Below, one piece after another: positions 35,607 through 48,355 of a stretch of 64,000 nucleotides of DNA. A program made the position numbers and the translations under genes. The notes below the pieces were generated by a model. The model saw only the letters and a list, made by a program, of their open reading frames with translations. It made no database searches and was not told the origin of the DNA. The stretch is from the NCBI GenBank assembly GCA_965644295.1, contig CBFFRP010000164.1, forward strand, positions 119,742 to 183,741, given 5' to 3'. Every line of letters starts with the position of its first letter. Position 1 is the first letter of the stretch. This stretch comes from Paraphysomonas bandaiensis (lineage: Eukaryota; Protista; Chrysophyceae).

Positions 35607-37639
35607 ATGGAGCAAACCCTTCTTGATAGAGATAGTCGACCTAATGAGGATGAAGAGAGTGAGGAAGAGGACCTCAGTAGCGAGGAAGATGAGGACGGAA
35701 ACTTTATGCGACGACGCACATTTCCACGCACCTTAACTGACCCTCTAGCACACGTTATTGACTATGTGACAGGTTATTCATTTCATATCAGTTCCATTAT
35801 ATGATACTTGAGTAACATGTATGACTCTGGTGTAGATACTGATGGTGAGTGGACCCGACAACTGCTTGAGAACTATGGAAGACTAGACGACAAGGGTCAC
35901 GACGGAGATGTTCCTGAACAGCCCGCGTTTGCGAAAGATGTGACGTTCTGGGTAATGGTTGCGTTTTCGCTCGTCATGGGGGTAGTTCTGGGCTTGTCGG
36001 GTCTAGTTTTTATGAACATTATTGATGAGGTAGAAGCGAAATATTTTCTTACTTGGCATTATGATCTGTTGATTCTGAAGGTCCCGGAGAAATGGGTGCG
36101 CGCTGATGATTTTGAAGATCCTGATGATGGCGATTATTATAGCGGCAAGGTTCATACGTCTGCTATATGCCAGATAATTTTGTAACTTGAGGGGCAGAAA
36201 TACTGGATCCTGGTGACCACTGGTGCTGGATTTGCTGTTGGTGTAATTCGTTACTTTATGAAATATCCCGACGACCTCCCTGGCTTTTTCAAGGAAGTCA
36301 ACTCGTGTCACGTAGACCCCACATGGGCACCACACACTGTACTTCTCTCGGCCATCTCCATTGCCGGCGGAGCCAACCTGGGACCGGAGCAGGCCATGGT
36401 ATACCTGTCTTTCCTGGAATATGCCCGCTTTTTATGCAACTTTTTTCACTCTCTGCTATTTACCTTGTATGCATACAGGGAAATCTTGGCGGGGGCCTGG
36501 CGACTATCATCAATGACTACATGAAGTTCGAAGAAAAAGACAATCAGAATCTAATGGTGTTGACGGGCATGTCTGGAGCTATGGGTGCTCTCTTTCCCAC
36601 CCCAGTTCTTGGCGTTTTGATGATTCATGAACTTGGTGACCCACCAAAGTGGGTACCACGTTCGTATTAATAGCTGGCGTGCATGTTTTTTGTACATTAT
36701 AGCTTCTGTTAATATATGCGATTAATACGAAATGCTTTGCAGATCCTTCATGGAAGCTACTCTGCTTATGTCTGTTTCGGCTATCCTATCTTTTATTATG
36801 TTCTACCAGCTTGAAGATGAGACCTGGCTAGAGCGCCTCACACCGAACTACACCTTGTCTATGAACTGGGAGTTTGAAATGTGGCACTGTGGTTCTGCTG
36901 TAGTAATTGGACTGGTGGCGTCCGGCAGTTCTTTGTGCATCCTTATCGCTGTTGGTATCGTTAAGCAGATTTTGATGCGTATACAGGAACGTTGTGATTC
37001 AACAAAATTTATTAACGGCATGATTTTTGTGTCAACTCTAGGAGGATTTGTTATTGGTATGCGGCATTTTAAAGCTGTAGTATTAAGTGTTTCATGTCCT
37101 TTCTCACAGGTATTATCGGATACTGTCTTCCCCTCAGTTTGGGAAATGGTCATATGTCAACGACTTCCATCATTCGGAATGTAAACAACTACTCTACTAA
37201 CCTTCTTTTATCTACGGCATTCGCCCGGACATTCACACTTGCTATAAGCATGAACTGCGGTTTCATTGGCGGTTTTGTATTTCCTGTTTTGGCAATTGGT
37301 GTAATCGCTGGAGTAATAGCCCACCAGCAGTACGAGGAACTGCCACTGGGCATGTCTGTGGCATGTTTTCTTGCAGCAATGCCCAGTGGCATTTGCCCCA
37401 TGCCCTTCACTTTATTGGGAATTGCGTGCTTCATGTTCTTTCTTGGTCTGCAGCAGACTGTTCCAGTGTTCATCGCTTGTGTTACTGCGTATTTGATGTT
37501 CACAGGAATTGGAGTAATGGGGATTCTACAAGACCGTGCGAAGAAATCTGAACGTAAAAAGAAAAAGGCTAAGGCCAAGAAGCAAATGAATGAAAATCTG
37601 GAAGCGTACAAACAGAAGAAGACCAACAGATTTGAGTAG
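35607..37639 (+). CDS. CLC-family chloride channel/transporter (short, prokaryote-like, no CBS domains), multi-exon
   Basis: Many TM helices with GGANLGPEQA (gating-Glu segment), GAMGALFPTPVLG and GFIGGFVFP. Several ~50-nt GT-AG introns link the ORFs from 35607 to 37639. Confidence 0.82.
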
Positions 37640-39177
37640 AAGTAGCCGGGTTAGCACAAGAATCACAGTGTCCATTCGTATATCACGAAATCCTGATATT
37701 AATGGTTGCATTGTAACTGGGATGTAATTGCATTGTGCGTTTCAGTCAAGCCTTTATGCAGACATGTTCTAGATTAGCATTGCTCTTGGAAGAAATGTCT
37801 ATTAGTATCTTCGTCTGCTGGTGAGAAATTTATAATATATTAGGGACCTAAATTCTAATGTTAAGATAATTTCTCGTATTTACCTGTACCAATATTCGTA
37901 GTGTACATGCTGATACCTTACATATGAGTATTTAGTCTGATATGATGACTTCGTACAAGGAAAGCGAGAGGAACAATTCAGAAAGACTTCATAGTATTTA
38001 CCTCAACACTAAATGCCAAAGCATGATGGCATAGTCCACTTAAGTGTTCTATATCAAGTACTACAAGTGTAAATATTTGATGCTGATGAGAAGGAAGATA
38101 TATCTGATATCTGTGTCATTATTTTCCTTATATATTACAGTTTCAAGGCTTCATGTGATTATGCTTTCTAAGTGAATGTGATTGTATACTAGCTAGGCGC
38201 AGGGTGTATCAGTGTCTGACTGCACTGGTTGTGTGATGGCTAAGTTGTACCGTTGTGCTGAATTGAGGATATAGAGATAGATAGTGTACGTCGTGTACTG
38301 ATTGTGTGGTAGCTATACTGAGAGATGTGTTTGAGAGCAATAGAAGTTGTAGCTCTAAGGTATTTAAAAAATAATCATTACTTGAAGAATACAGAAGTAA
38401 TGTAGAGATTAACAGTATTACATGAACTATTGAGATTATAGGAATAACCACTGAAATAATATATTGACTGTGTGCAAAATTGTTTATATCTAAGATTTTA
38501 TGCAAACGATAGATATTTGAGATAAAATAATGAATTCGGCGAATGATAATGAATGGAAACCAAGATTGATTATAATTTATAATTCAAGCATTGAGTGTAC
38601 AGTATAGTATACATATATATTACGTTTAGTTAATTAAGTTTAAACCATCCAAATATGTCTAATCTTGATAGTGTACTCTGGTTGTGTGACGAGTATGTCG
38701 TATTGTTGTATTACTAGTGTATGCGCCTGCACAAAGTAGATGTCGTTGAAGTAATCCGAATTATTACATGGAATCGGATTGTAGCGATGACTAGAGGTAG
38801 GAGCAATATGATGCAGTGAGCGAAGTGGAATACAGTTAAAGCTGGGCGAGAAATATTGATGGCCTCATGTAGTTTGGCGTGTTTCTGCAGCGAATGGAAA
38901 GTTATGTGACGTGCGGTATATTAATGGTCGTGCTGAAAGACATAATAGTGTAGCTACGAGTAGGGCAATATCTGCTGGCAGCTACACTTATGTTGCTCAC
39001 GACGATCAATGGGTTGGCAGTGGTAGTATAATGGCAAAAATGTGGTAACTGGGAAGCAGAAACTTGCATATATTACATCCTATAAAAGTTTCAATATCAA
39101 TCAAATTAATATCATTTATTGTCTTTCTGTGTTGTAATAGAGCGACATTAACTTTAGTACTCATTTACTAACCACCT

Positions 39178-39910
39178 CCCTCAACTAAGTCGGACACGCA
39201 CGTTATAGGAAGAGATTTTTTCAGAAAACTAATGTGAGCCGCAAACATATTGACAGAGAGGAGAACATTTTGCCCACTCATAGCCAAATACTTACGTAGT
39301 CGTCTTTAGGCTTTGACGAATATACAGACATCCGGGAATAGGCCCACCTCAAGGGCACCCAGGATCCAGGATATTGGGCTGCCTATACGGAAGTCAAGCA
39401 TCCAGGATGTTTACCTTAAAGACTCAAAAAACCTGAAGTTGGCAGATGTCAGGTATAGGGATCTATTTTTCGACCTAGTCAATTTGGTGGAATTTCCTAG
39501 TCACACCAAAATTGGAGTAAGAACCTAGTCAAAAGGTTGAAAAACCTAGTCATTAAATAATTAGATTTTTAACTTTACAATGACTAGGTTGACTAGGTGG
39601 AATAGGGTATTCACCTAGTCAAACGTGGGAGCATACTCTACAAATATTGCATGCATGCAATATGCAATGTGCATCATATGTCAGGTATATCAAATATCGA
39701 ATATCAACATTCTGCTTGCTTACTGCTTTTGCTTTGAGTGATAGAGCGAAAGTGGTTGCACGTTGCACCTTGGTTCTTGCGGTGACGCACAAGCAGATTT
39801 CGTAGCGCAAAATAGTATAGGATGTCAGAGTTAAGCACAAGTTAGTTAAATTGTTTTGATACATTATTTCTGATTTTTTAACGCCTATTGCAATTCAGAA
39901 GACCTTCACT
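39178..39910 (+). repeat. Dispersed repeat R1 copy C, split by a 220-bp insertion (39458-39677) with a 12-bp target duplication
   Basis: ATGTCAGGTATA at 39446-39457 and 39678-39689. The insert is rich in CCTAGTC/GACTAGG motifs. Confidence 0.88.
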
Positions 39911-40232
39911 ACTACTAAATGCCCGTAAGATCTCAATTTTCCTGCAATATAGTAAAATTCTCACGATTACAAAATATCTACTTATTGCACTTCGAAATCA
40001 AATATTTTATATACTTCATCATAAATATGATCAGATATCAGTAAGACTAGGCTTTGCTCAGTGCTTCGACAGTCATACGCCAGTATTCAACATTAGAGTG
40101 ACGCTCAATAACATAAAAAACATGTATATCATCTAAAAAGAGCGACCACTACTGTGATTAGAAGAAAACCATACTCATATTTCATATTATTACAAGTAAA
40201 CTAATCCTGGCGCACGTCTTCATATGAAATAA

Positions 40233-43200
40233 CTATGTACTTCTTCTTTTCATAACAACAGGAGCTTGTTCACGCCGGAGCCTTTTCTTCTTCTGTATAT
40301 AACGAAAGTAGAGCCAGTCCGCTATAAATAGTCTAAACCGAGTATATATTAAACAAATGAAACAAATAAAAATAGTAACCTTTGAGAATTCTTTTCTATG
40401 TACTCGCTTCTGAGCTTATCCACATAAGAAACGAAAAGTTGAGTGTGAACTACCACGTCTTGAAATTCCAAAATGGAGCGTTGGTGGTCGAGAAACCACT
40501 GTGGATAGAAATCAAAGTCACCTGTGGACGGATCATAGGTGCTACGAAAAAAATGTCAAATTAGAAAAGATATGTATGTAGGGTATACTACAACTAACCC
40601 GTATTTACGCCACCCATCTGCGACGAACAGATCGCCGCAGAACAACTGGTTGTGTTGCTCAATGGCTTCCCGCACCTCTTTCAGCAAAGTTTTCTCCGCA
40701 TCAGTGATGTCAGTCAGAAACGTAGCCAGCTGAAGGTTACTTCTGTCGTCCGGTAAACGAGATGAAAGTTCCTTGGCGGCGTTATTGAGAGTTGCTCTCA
40801 ACTCTTGGTCAAGTGGCATCATCACCTTTATGTCAGGCATAGTTAATGCCTTGTCGAATTTCGAACGTGTTTCGTTCGAATCCAAAATTCTATCCAGATT
40901 AAGAACCGCAGCTGAAGTTGCTATACTGGACAAATCGAATTCACAGCATGTCCCTACGACAAAGGGAACAGGAGCTTGAAGGATTTCAACAGCATTTGCT
41001 GGCACCAGCGGAATGAAAACCCCTTGCCACTGGAATGGTTCCAGGTACCCAATGACAGCGGTTGTCACTGCAGACACCATGCTGGCATTTGATCCGAATA
41101 CTATTAGTGACTTCTCAAGAACAAGTAGGTTTAGTACGCTGATGATAATAGAAGGGTTTACAATAGATAGCACCACAGCACTTGCCCATTCCTGTACACA
41201 AAACGATTTAATAATAGCAATACAATATCAGGTAAATACCTCCATGGTAACAGGTTGTGCAGGCAGAATAATTTTTTGATCAATATACGAAGGAAACGAA
41301 AGTCTGATCTCATTGGTATTCACAATACTAGGAGTCATTGGGTGCCGCTGAACGTATTCCAGAAATTTTCCGCGAAGCTCTCTGTGCTCTTGAGTAAAAG
41401 ACTCACCCCCAACACCATAATCTGGCCCTTGGGAGAGTTCCAACAAAGACACTGTCGTTGTGCTAGATGACTGACGTTGCAAACATTTCCCATCTCCTTC
41501 CTCGGTCACTGTTGAAAGAGTGTTCCCACGTCCTTCTGTGTCCATCGAAGACAAACCTTTGGCCAATCCATCACAGTTTAGTCGGGAATCGATATAGTCC
41601 TCTGCCCATAAAACAGCGTTGCATTGCTTTTTCTCTCGCCTGGATATTTCCTCCAATATCTGTATATTTTGTTATCAGAAAAATACATTACCTGCAGAGG
41701 GCTGTGATACCTGAAAGAGTGCAGAATGCATAGGCTGTGCACTTAGAATACAGTACGCACGTTGGGTTACCACATACTGAACGGCAGGTTTGCGATGCCG
41801 CTTTTGAGGCTTTACAGGAGTAGCTCGTGCATGACTTGCAGAGTTCGAATTAGGCAGTGATGTATCTGATTCATTACCGCTGTCGTCATGTAGATTATCA
41901 AACACATCTCCAAGACATTCCAGTGCCTTCTGCGACGCCTTCTGCGAACTGCTGGTGAGCCACGGGGGTCTGTCAGAACCACTACGGGGTCGCTCGGGAG
42001 TACTGTACCCTGTTGCATTTCGAGGAGAATGGTGTGTTCCTTTGTTCAGCCTCGATTTCACTGTGTTTTTAAGCTTCGATAGAGAAGCCCCAATCTTGGC
42101 ACTCTTCGTATGTTCCATTGCGCCTTGTCTTCCGTGCGAGGAAGAGTCCTCTGTGCTCGTGGTGCCACTAGGAACCGGTTTCACTGAAACATACCCCACA
42201 ACCATACCAGCCTTGTTTGTTATTTCGCGCCGATACATGGCGTGACTCTTGCGCACGGCATACCGCATAAAGCGCTTCACTACGTACGCACAACGTTCCA
42301 GTCGCTCCAAGTATGCTAGAGCTGCAATCGTCTTTGCGTGGCGTTTGTTATGCAATGGTACTGCATCTGTCACTACTAGGCAACAAGCATACGTGGGGGT
42401 ACCAAATGAATCTGAAAATTGAAGCACTGTATATTGATCCCGCCGCTGCTTGCATAATATTTCGGCATATCGCTTCGAATCTGTCATATGCAAGAATACA
42501 CCACTTGGGAACGCAAAATCAGATATACACTCAATGAATGGTTGGTTCTGCTTCGGAAAGTTATCCAATATAGCAGCTGGTTGAATTGATCCCATTTCAG
42601 GTTTATCTTCTCCTGTAAGCACTTTCCGTTTTACCCCAACCACGCAGAACTCCAGAAAGTTACAATTCACATCAGATTCTTGCAGTGGCTGGTTGATACT
42701 AAGTCTCATCGAATTGATTGCTATATCGATGCTCTGTCTATGAGGACCTCTGTAAATGTCATACGCTGGAGGAAGAAAGCTACGTCGAGACCCGTCCTTA
42801 TCTGCCCAGTCAAGGGAAAAACGATTGGCCAGAGAAAACCGGCTTGTTCCAACAGTTCGACGCGTCATCCTGCGAGTAGCTTGTGTCGATAACAACGAAT
42901 TGTCGCCAAACGATGGACGCCTTTTTGACGATCGTCGCCTATGGGCGCCATTCTCTTCTGCTATTCGTTGCGGATTTTGTGAAAACGAAGAATCGATCTC
43001 GCCATTGATCTCCAAATACAGGTTAACATCACCAATTCTTTGAATATCCTGTGAACTTTTAGCAGTGTCAAGAAGTACTTTATTTTGTTTCTCAAGTTCA
43101 AGAATTCTTTCATTCAAAGTATCGCTATTTAACTGGCCTAAACATTTTCTAATCTTGAGATTTTGCATCTCCAGAGCACATATACGTGACAGCAGTGCTT

Positions 43201-43294
43201 CTGTACTCTTCTCTTCTCCAGAAGATTCAGATTGATGATAAGCATCTGTTTCATAATTCGATTCCGAAGAAATATTTACCTCAGAAGCACTCAT
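40233..43294 (-). CDS. DENN-domain protein (putative Rab GEF), multi-exon
   Basis: uDENN FLEFCVVG...DFAFPSGV and YACCL; cDENN LLVLEKSLIVFGSN, LEPFQWQGVFIPLVP and LQAPVPFVVG; dDENN-like VHTQLFVSYVD. Start and stop were inferred manually. Confidence 0.88.
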
Positions 43295-43841
43295 TCTATT
43301 GGTGGATGTTTCCCTGAAGCGGATGAGCACCTCAACAGCTTACCACCCCTTATAGACCAGCCTTACTCATCAAACAAACAGGAAATGTATACAAGTCAAT
43401 GTATTGATATGATCCAAATTATAGACAGGACTGTAATCTCGGGTTGCGCTGTCAGCAGAATGATGACAGTTGTATTATATAAGGGGGATAACTGCAGCGA
43501 CTCTATACTATCCACTCCACTGGAATATTTATTGAAGATGGTGTATGTAAAAATACAGACATAGCATACACCAGTAAGTGCATACTACGTACGAGTAGTA
43601 CCATATCCATATAGCGTATGTATTCTTGTGTGGGAACGTATTCTGTATTCCTTTATATTCAGTTTGTCGTTTCTTTCCTTCAAAGTCGACCAATGAACAG
43701 TTATTTATATTCCAACAAGTCATTAAATATCCCCTCAATGAGAATCGACTGCATTGTATTGTGTTGATTGCATTTCTTGTATTTTAGTACATTCTGAATC
43801 CTGTACTTTGATTGAGCTTGATATATTATTTAATTCTGGTT

Positions 43842-45927
43842 ATGAGTCGAGCGTCTCTGCTCAATCAGAGTGAAATAGAATCTGCGGCTTGGAGCAATGC
43901 ACGCGAAGAGCTTGATAATAATTCCTTCTATCTTTTGCAACGAACTGGTCCCACTGTATTCAAGTTATTGGAATCGGATGAAGTGTACCGTGTTGTTATC
44001 GGCAGTCCTCATACATGTTCATGCAAAGCTAAAACTATATGCATGCACATCTTATTCGTCATTTTGAAAGTACTACGGGTACCAGAAACGAATGCATTAT
44101 GTAAGAAAATAAATCTTACTGACGCAGAAATCGATATCGTACTATCTGGTAATTTTGGTGAGCGGGTACGTGCCCCTCGTGTCAAGAAAGAGAGGAAAGT
44201 GAAGCCGAAACCTGGAATAACTGAAACTCCAGGTGATGACTTCGTTGAGAGACAACCTATGGATGATGCGAGTCCGGATGTATGCCCTATTTGCCAAGAT
44301 GATATGACCAAAGATGATGCACTGACATGGTGTCGGAAGGGCTGTGGCAACAACATTCACGCAAAATGTATTCAGTATTGAATTTGCTAAAATTACGATC
44401 TGATAATGTGTGGTAGGTATGAAGCTATACGTACAGTACAAGAAATCTTCATCCACGGAGATACCGTGTCCTCTTTGTAGGGAGGACTGGGGCCCAGGTG
44501 CTCTTCAGGTGCTGGCTGAGGACTGCAGGGGGAAGTCGTCATTGAGACAGTCGTGTGCGACCGTGATATGTACGTCTTGTACATTTCAGATACGTGGTGA
44601 GTTTTTTCGATGCTTGGAGTGCTCGATTTCTCGCGGTAGACAACGCAAAGAGCGAGTGGCTGGTTCAGATGACACTTCTCCTCTTCCTCCCCTCACACCT
44701 GTGGATTTTTGTCAACGGTGCTTCAATAACTTAAGTCGGGAACATTCTAAACATCATTTTGTCTCCTCCTCTAGCTCAGCCATGTACTCAGAATTTATAT
44801 GGACAACTGCCAAAAACCCCCGGTCTCCTCAGACCCTTCTTGATATACAGCAGCTGCGTGCTCTGCAGAATCGAGATTTAGGAGACGATGACTATGATTT
44901 TCTACTTAGCCTTGACAGACCGACGGTCCCACCTTTGCAGCGTACGCTACTAGACGCTCTTCCTCTGGTATCAACAGAAGATATTACACCCAATGACTAT
45001 GAAGGGCAATGCTGGTGCTCTTCACGAGAAGGATCAGGCGAAATGCGTAAGCTACCTTGCAGGCACAATGTGCATGGAGCATGTTTATCGGTGCTATTGG
45101 ATGAGGCCCTGGACGAGGGATGCTTCAAGTTAGATGATATCAAATGTAGACGTATTAGCTGTGGGCAACGTGTTTTCGGTGCTCTGAGTAGACGGCGGCG
45201 ACGTCGAAAGCCATTAGAAGAGGTAAATACGAATGATAAGGGGCAGTCCAGTTCCCCAAATCCCCAGCAAGGTATCGCTGTGCTGGGTGTCTGCGGTCTG
45301 GGTGTTGGTGGAAGAGGATCTGTCCCGGTTGAACCGCAACCGAATGTGTCTCGTAGCTCTGCTTCAGTGTCCAGGCGAGCAGCTAGAACTTCTCGGCAGT
45401 CAACACACCGGCTACTTCCTTCTGCCCGTCGTGGTCTCGTGCTCTCTGGCAGTGGTAGGGTACAGCAGGGGACACAGGGTGGCGAGCTGGACATACGCCG
45501 GACCAACAGCTTCTGTGGGGATGATGGGAGGAGTATCAGCAGGGGACATAGTCCTGCCCGTAGTCAGTCAGCTTCTCGGGTCACGACACAGAGTCAGCAG
45601 CAGATAGCATTTGGTTCTTCATCATACGGCTCCTCATCAGTGTCGAGGTCCCCTTCTGCACCTGAGGAAGGGTCTATGCAAGGACTGTGCGTACAGCATA
45701 GAGGCCTAGGGGGATTTTCTGAAAGTGAGGAAAAATATTCCAGAGGGATATCAGTAGGTCTGGTTGATAGGTTTAGCGAAGGTGCGTCCAATGGCGGTCG
45801 AGGTCGGCCTCCACTCCGCCCAGTGCCAAGAAGGGTGAGAGGTGCTAGTGGGAGACTCTCGTCTGGGGGGACTGTTCCGGCTGGAGATCTTGGAGCTTGT
45901 TTAAACATTCGACATAGTGAAGTATAG
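43842..45927 (+). CDS. ZSWIM2: SWIM-RING-ZZ-RING E3 ubiquitin ligase (ZSWIM2/MEX-like), 2 exons
   Basis: SWIM HTCSC...CMHILFVILKVL; RING CPICQDDM...WCRKGCGNNIHAKC...CPLCR across intron 44368-44417; ZZ CTSC...FRCLEC...DFCQRCF...H; second RING LPCRHNVHGACL. Confidence 0.82.
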
Positions 45928-46351
45928 CTCACCTATGAATAGTGTTTTAGGGATATACTTGACTGCTTTATATGTAGCTGTAGTGGATCGAGTCATATAT
46001 TTCTAGATCAGATGTAATTAATGTATATTTGTTATGTGTAGAGGTGATGTATCTACTACCTCGGGTAACCCTTATCTTCCCCTTAGCAATAATAATATGA
46101 TGTAGGATTCATCCTCTGACTGCAACTAATAAATGCCTGCTTATTTAGCAATAGGCGTTATATAGGAATGTCTGATTATTAAATGAGAACGGTTGTGCTA
46201 TAGGCGTTAAAGAGTCAGAACCAGATTAGTAGCTACATGGACAAACTAGTCAAGCTAGATAAGCATCTACCATTTACTAATTATAATTTATAACGTGTGG
46301 TAGACATGTATGCCGCAGTGCGCATATAAACCATGGCTAGTAGGAACAGGA

Positions 46352-47121
46352 TAGGGAACAATATATTGCAATACTATTGTTAGGTAGCGTTTCATCAATA
46401 GTATTGATGGAGTTTTTAAACCGGCCCTACAATACTATTTCAATATATTGCAATATATTAGTATGACTAATCAGTAAGTAAACACATCCGTAGTTTCCAT
46501 TTTTAGTACTTGCCATTTTAAGATCTCAGGTCACTTTGATAATCAAACCCACTACTCTTAACTAATTAAAAGTTTCCTCATACTCATTCTCTGAGCCATC
46601 ATCGCTCGGTGACATCATCATCATCATATTCATTCAATATTGATTGAAATATGCTTGCATCTGGCCACAACTGTCGGTTAGCTTTCAGAAACAACAGCAT
46701 ATTAAGATATTAAGTGTAGTAGGATGCATACGTTTGCGCACCACTGATATAATCAGTTTTGCTGCGCTGAACAGGCGTTCACATGTATTGGAAGTACATA
46801 CTACATGACTCGTGCACCTGTACTTAGATATTTCAACTTTTCATATCACAACGTATTAGTAGGAACTAATATGTTGTGATATGTAATACTACTTTTAGAT
46901 ACTTACAGAGCGTCCCATCAATAATATTAACCGGCCCAACAATACTATTGCATATTGCAATATATCGACAATATATTGTAATAATTAAATAGCAATTAAA
47001 CAAGTTGGTAGATACCATTCTTAGTAGTAGTCATTAAGATCACATGATACCCAAACCCACTATGCTAGCATGCAAAACGCAAAAACTATTTGCGTTCTGC
47101 AATACAATATATTGTTCCCTA
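46352..47121 (-). mobile_element. Non-autonomous hAT-like element (internal deletion derivative)
   Basis: 17-bp TIRs TAGGGAACAATATATTG ... CAATATATTGTTCCCTA and CAATA(C/T)TATTG subterminal repeats. A minus-strand remnant KYRCTSHVVCTSNTCERLFSAAKLIISVVRKRMHP lies at ~46715-46825. No TSD is visible. Confidence 0.8.
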
Positions 47122-48092
47122 GCATTCCAGTCTGCTCTACCAAGCTGCTTGGTGTAATAAACTTATTAAGTATCAAAAAATCAAAATTTAAAATATGAAC
47201 GTTCAGGAATACATTCTTACTTCAGGGAACTTATAAGAGACCATTCTGTAGTAAAATTGGGTCCCCAAGTCGCGTCAATTCGATTATCATAATATAGCTC
47301 TCAACAGCCGTTTTCGATGATATATATACTAAACTCTAGATAAAATGTTGGCCTAAAACGAGAGTGATGTGCATTGACATAAAAATTCAGTGTAGCACGC
47401 ATCTATAGTTTGATGAAATCATTACAAATGCAGGCAATACACAACATCTAATGTATCATAATCACTTGGTCCGTGTCTGTGTATCTCTTTAATCGCACAC
47501 GTTGCTGCCATCTCACAGTTACAAGTTTTCACATTACTACCAAAATGCAATACGAATTTCAGCTGACCTTCAAGAAAGTTTCTCATCAGCAGATAGTGTG
47601 GATGGAGAGAGTAGGATGTCGTCATAAAACATGTTTGTTTACTGCTGTTACATGCGCATGACATTGATCCCAATTTTCGAAGATATCAGTTGAAAAAGAA
47701 CATCCTGTGAACAAAGAAGTTGTCGTGTGTCGTGTAGATCTTTCACTCCCTACAAGCCAATGCCAATTCTATATCAGAGAAGATCAAGGACAGAGAAAAT
47801 CACCCATCGCCTCTGTTGGTACTACATCAGCTGGTTCATCATCTTATATTCCAAGTACAACTTCTATCACAAGCACACCATAAAAAATATGACTGTAGTT
47901 TTCAACACATTCTTCTATTATGTCTGGACAGCAGTATCCACTTTACACAAAAATGACTCAAACATATCTTCGTATACCATGGTATACCCAAACTATTCGA
48001 TTAGGGTTAGGGTTAGGGTTTGGTATATAGCAGCATACTGTAATGTCTAAATATCGTGTCTTGTACATAATGTGGATTCAGCAAAAAAAGAA

Positions 48093-48166
48093 CGATCTAC
48101 CCAGGACTCGAACCTGGAACCTCCTGATCCGTAGTCAGGTGCGCTATCCAATTACGCCAGCAGACC
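48093..48166 (-). tRNA. tRNA-Arg(ACG)
   Basis: Exact reverse complement of 48282-48355. Confidence 0.95.
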
Positions 48167-48281
48167 TTAGATGCTACTGACCCCGTAATTTGTATAATAT
48201 ATATTAATTGTATTCAGGCTACATAAAAGTACTATTAATATATATATATATTATACAAATTACGGGGTCAGTAGCATCTAA

Positions 48282-48355
48282 GGTCTGCTGGCGTAATTGG
48301 ATAGCGCACCTGACTACGGATCAGGAGGTTCCAGGTTCGAGTCCTGGGTAGATCG
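48282..48355 (+). tRNA. tRNA-Arg(ACG)
   Basis: GGTCTGC/GTAGATC acceptor stem, anticodon arm CCTGA-CTACGGA-TCAGG, T arm CCAGG-TTCGAGT-CCTGG, and a downstream T7 Pol III terminator. Confidence 0.95.
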
